Source: Octopus sinensis (Eukaryota). From it: a stretch of 8,004 bases of DNA. This document shows positions 7,665-8,004 of the stretch, in pieces. Each line of letters starts with the position of its first letter. Position 1 is the first letter of the stretch. The position numbers and the translations under genes are program-made. The stretch lies in contig NW_021828576.1 of assembly GCF_006345805.1 (NCBI RefSeq), positions 1 to 8,004 on the forward strand, in the 5' to 3' direction. A model generated the notes under the pieces. The model was not told the origin of the DNA, did not search any database, and worked only from the letters and a program-made list of their open reading frames with translations.

Positions 7665-7742
<78 letters not shown>

Positions 7743-7770
7743 GTCATTACCATCAGCGTTATCATCATTA
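7440..7770. repeat. Compound trinucleotide repeat (ATT)n/(ATC)n
   Basis: Degenerate start, (ATT)n at about 7555-7622 and perfect (CAT)21 at 7679-7741. Confidence 0.95.
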
Positions 7771-7832
7771 GTTTTGAGGTACAGCCTTTGTCTTTTGAAA
7801 ATTTGATTACTGTCTGAGAGGAGTCTGTGAAT

Positions 7833-7938
7833 GTGTGTGTGTGTGTGTGTGCGTGTGCGTGGATGTGTGTGTGAATGCTGATATGTTTGAGTGCGTGCAT
7901 GTGTGTGCGCATGTGTGTGCGTGTGCGTCTATGTGTGT
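7833..7938. repeat. (GT)n / (GTGC)n degenerate microsatellite
   Basis: Direct inspection. Confidence 0.9.
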
Positions 7939-8004
7939 GGAAATGACTCCATCCGTAGCAATAGTAGTAATAGGAGTCTTCGACAATGGTGATTGTAATT
8001 CGGC

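Noticed and set aside
3896-7741. (ATG)n at 3896-4250 and (CAT)n at 7679-7741 as terminal inverted repeats of a large element
   Set aside because: They are the same common microsatellite in opposite orientations, with no shared unique sequence or target-site duplication.
832-7912. Long low-complexity ORFs (poly-F/L/S, I, M, D, K/R/E, HT, VC), including the 314-aa, 288-aa and 226-aa ones
   Set aside because: They are translations of microsatellites or purine tracts that lack stop codons by composition. No domain motifs are visible.

Overview
Non-coding, AT-rich, microsatellite-dense animal DNA with no recognisable host gene exon. The SINE family looks like an octopus/coleoid cephalopod one; this is from recall and was not checked against a database. 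From 5' to 3': (1) the end of a ~528-bp tandem repeat that stops at (TA)15; (2) a 5'-truncated, minus-strand L1/Tx1-type non-LTR retrotransposon (~822-1899) with an unbroken ORF2 C-terminus (zf-RVT CCHC knuckle), a 3' UTR and AATAAA but no poly(A), flanked on both sides by GATA repeats; (3) three copies of one tRNA-headed SINE, one of them inserted antisense into the internal microsatellite of another; (4) about 4.7 kb of simple and compound repeats ((ATG)n, (AAAG)n, (ATT/ATC)n, (GT)n) separated by unique AT-rich spacers. Apart from the ORF2 fragment, no ORF in the track resembles a known protein, and most are read-throughs of microsatellites. The best candidate for something new is a GATA-microsatellite-targeting Tx1-like element.
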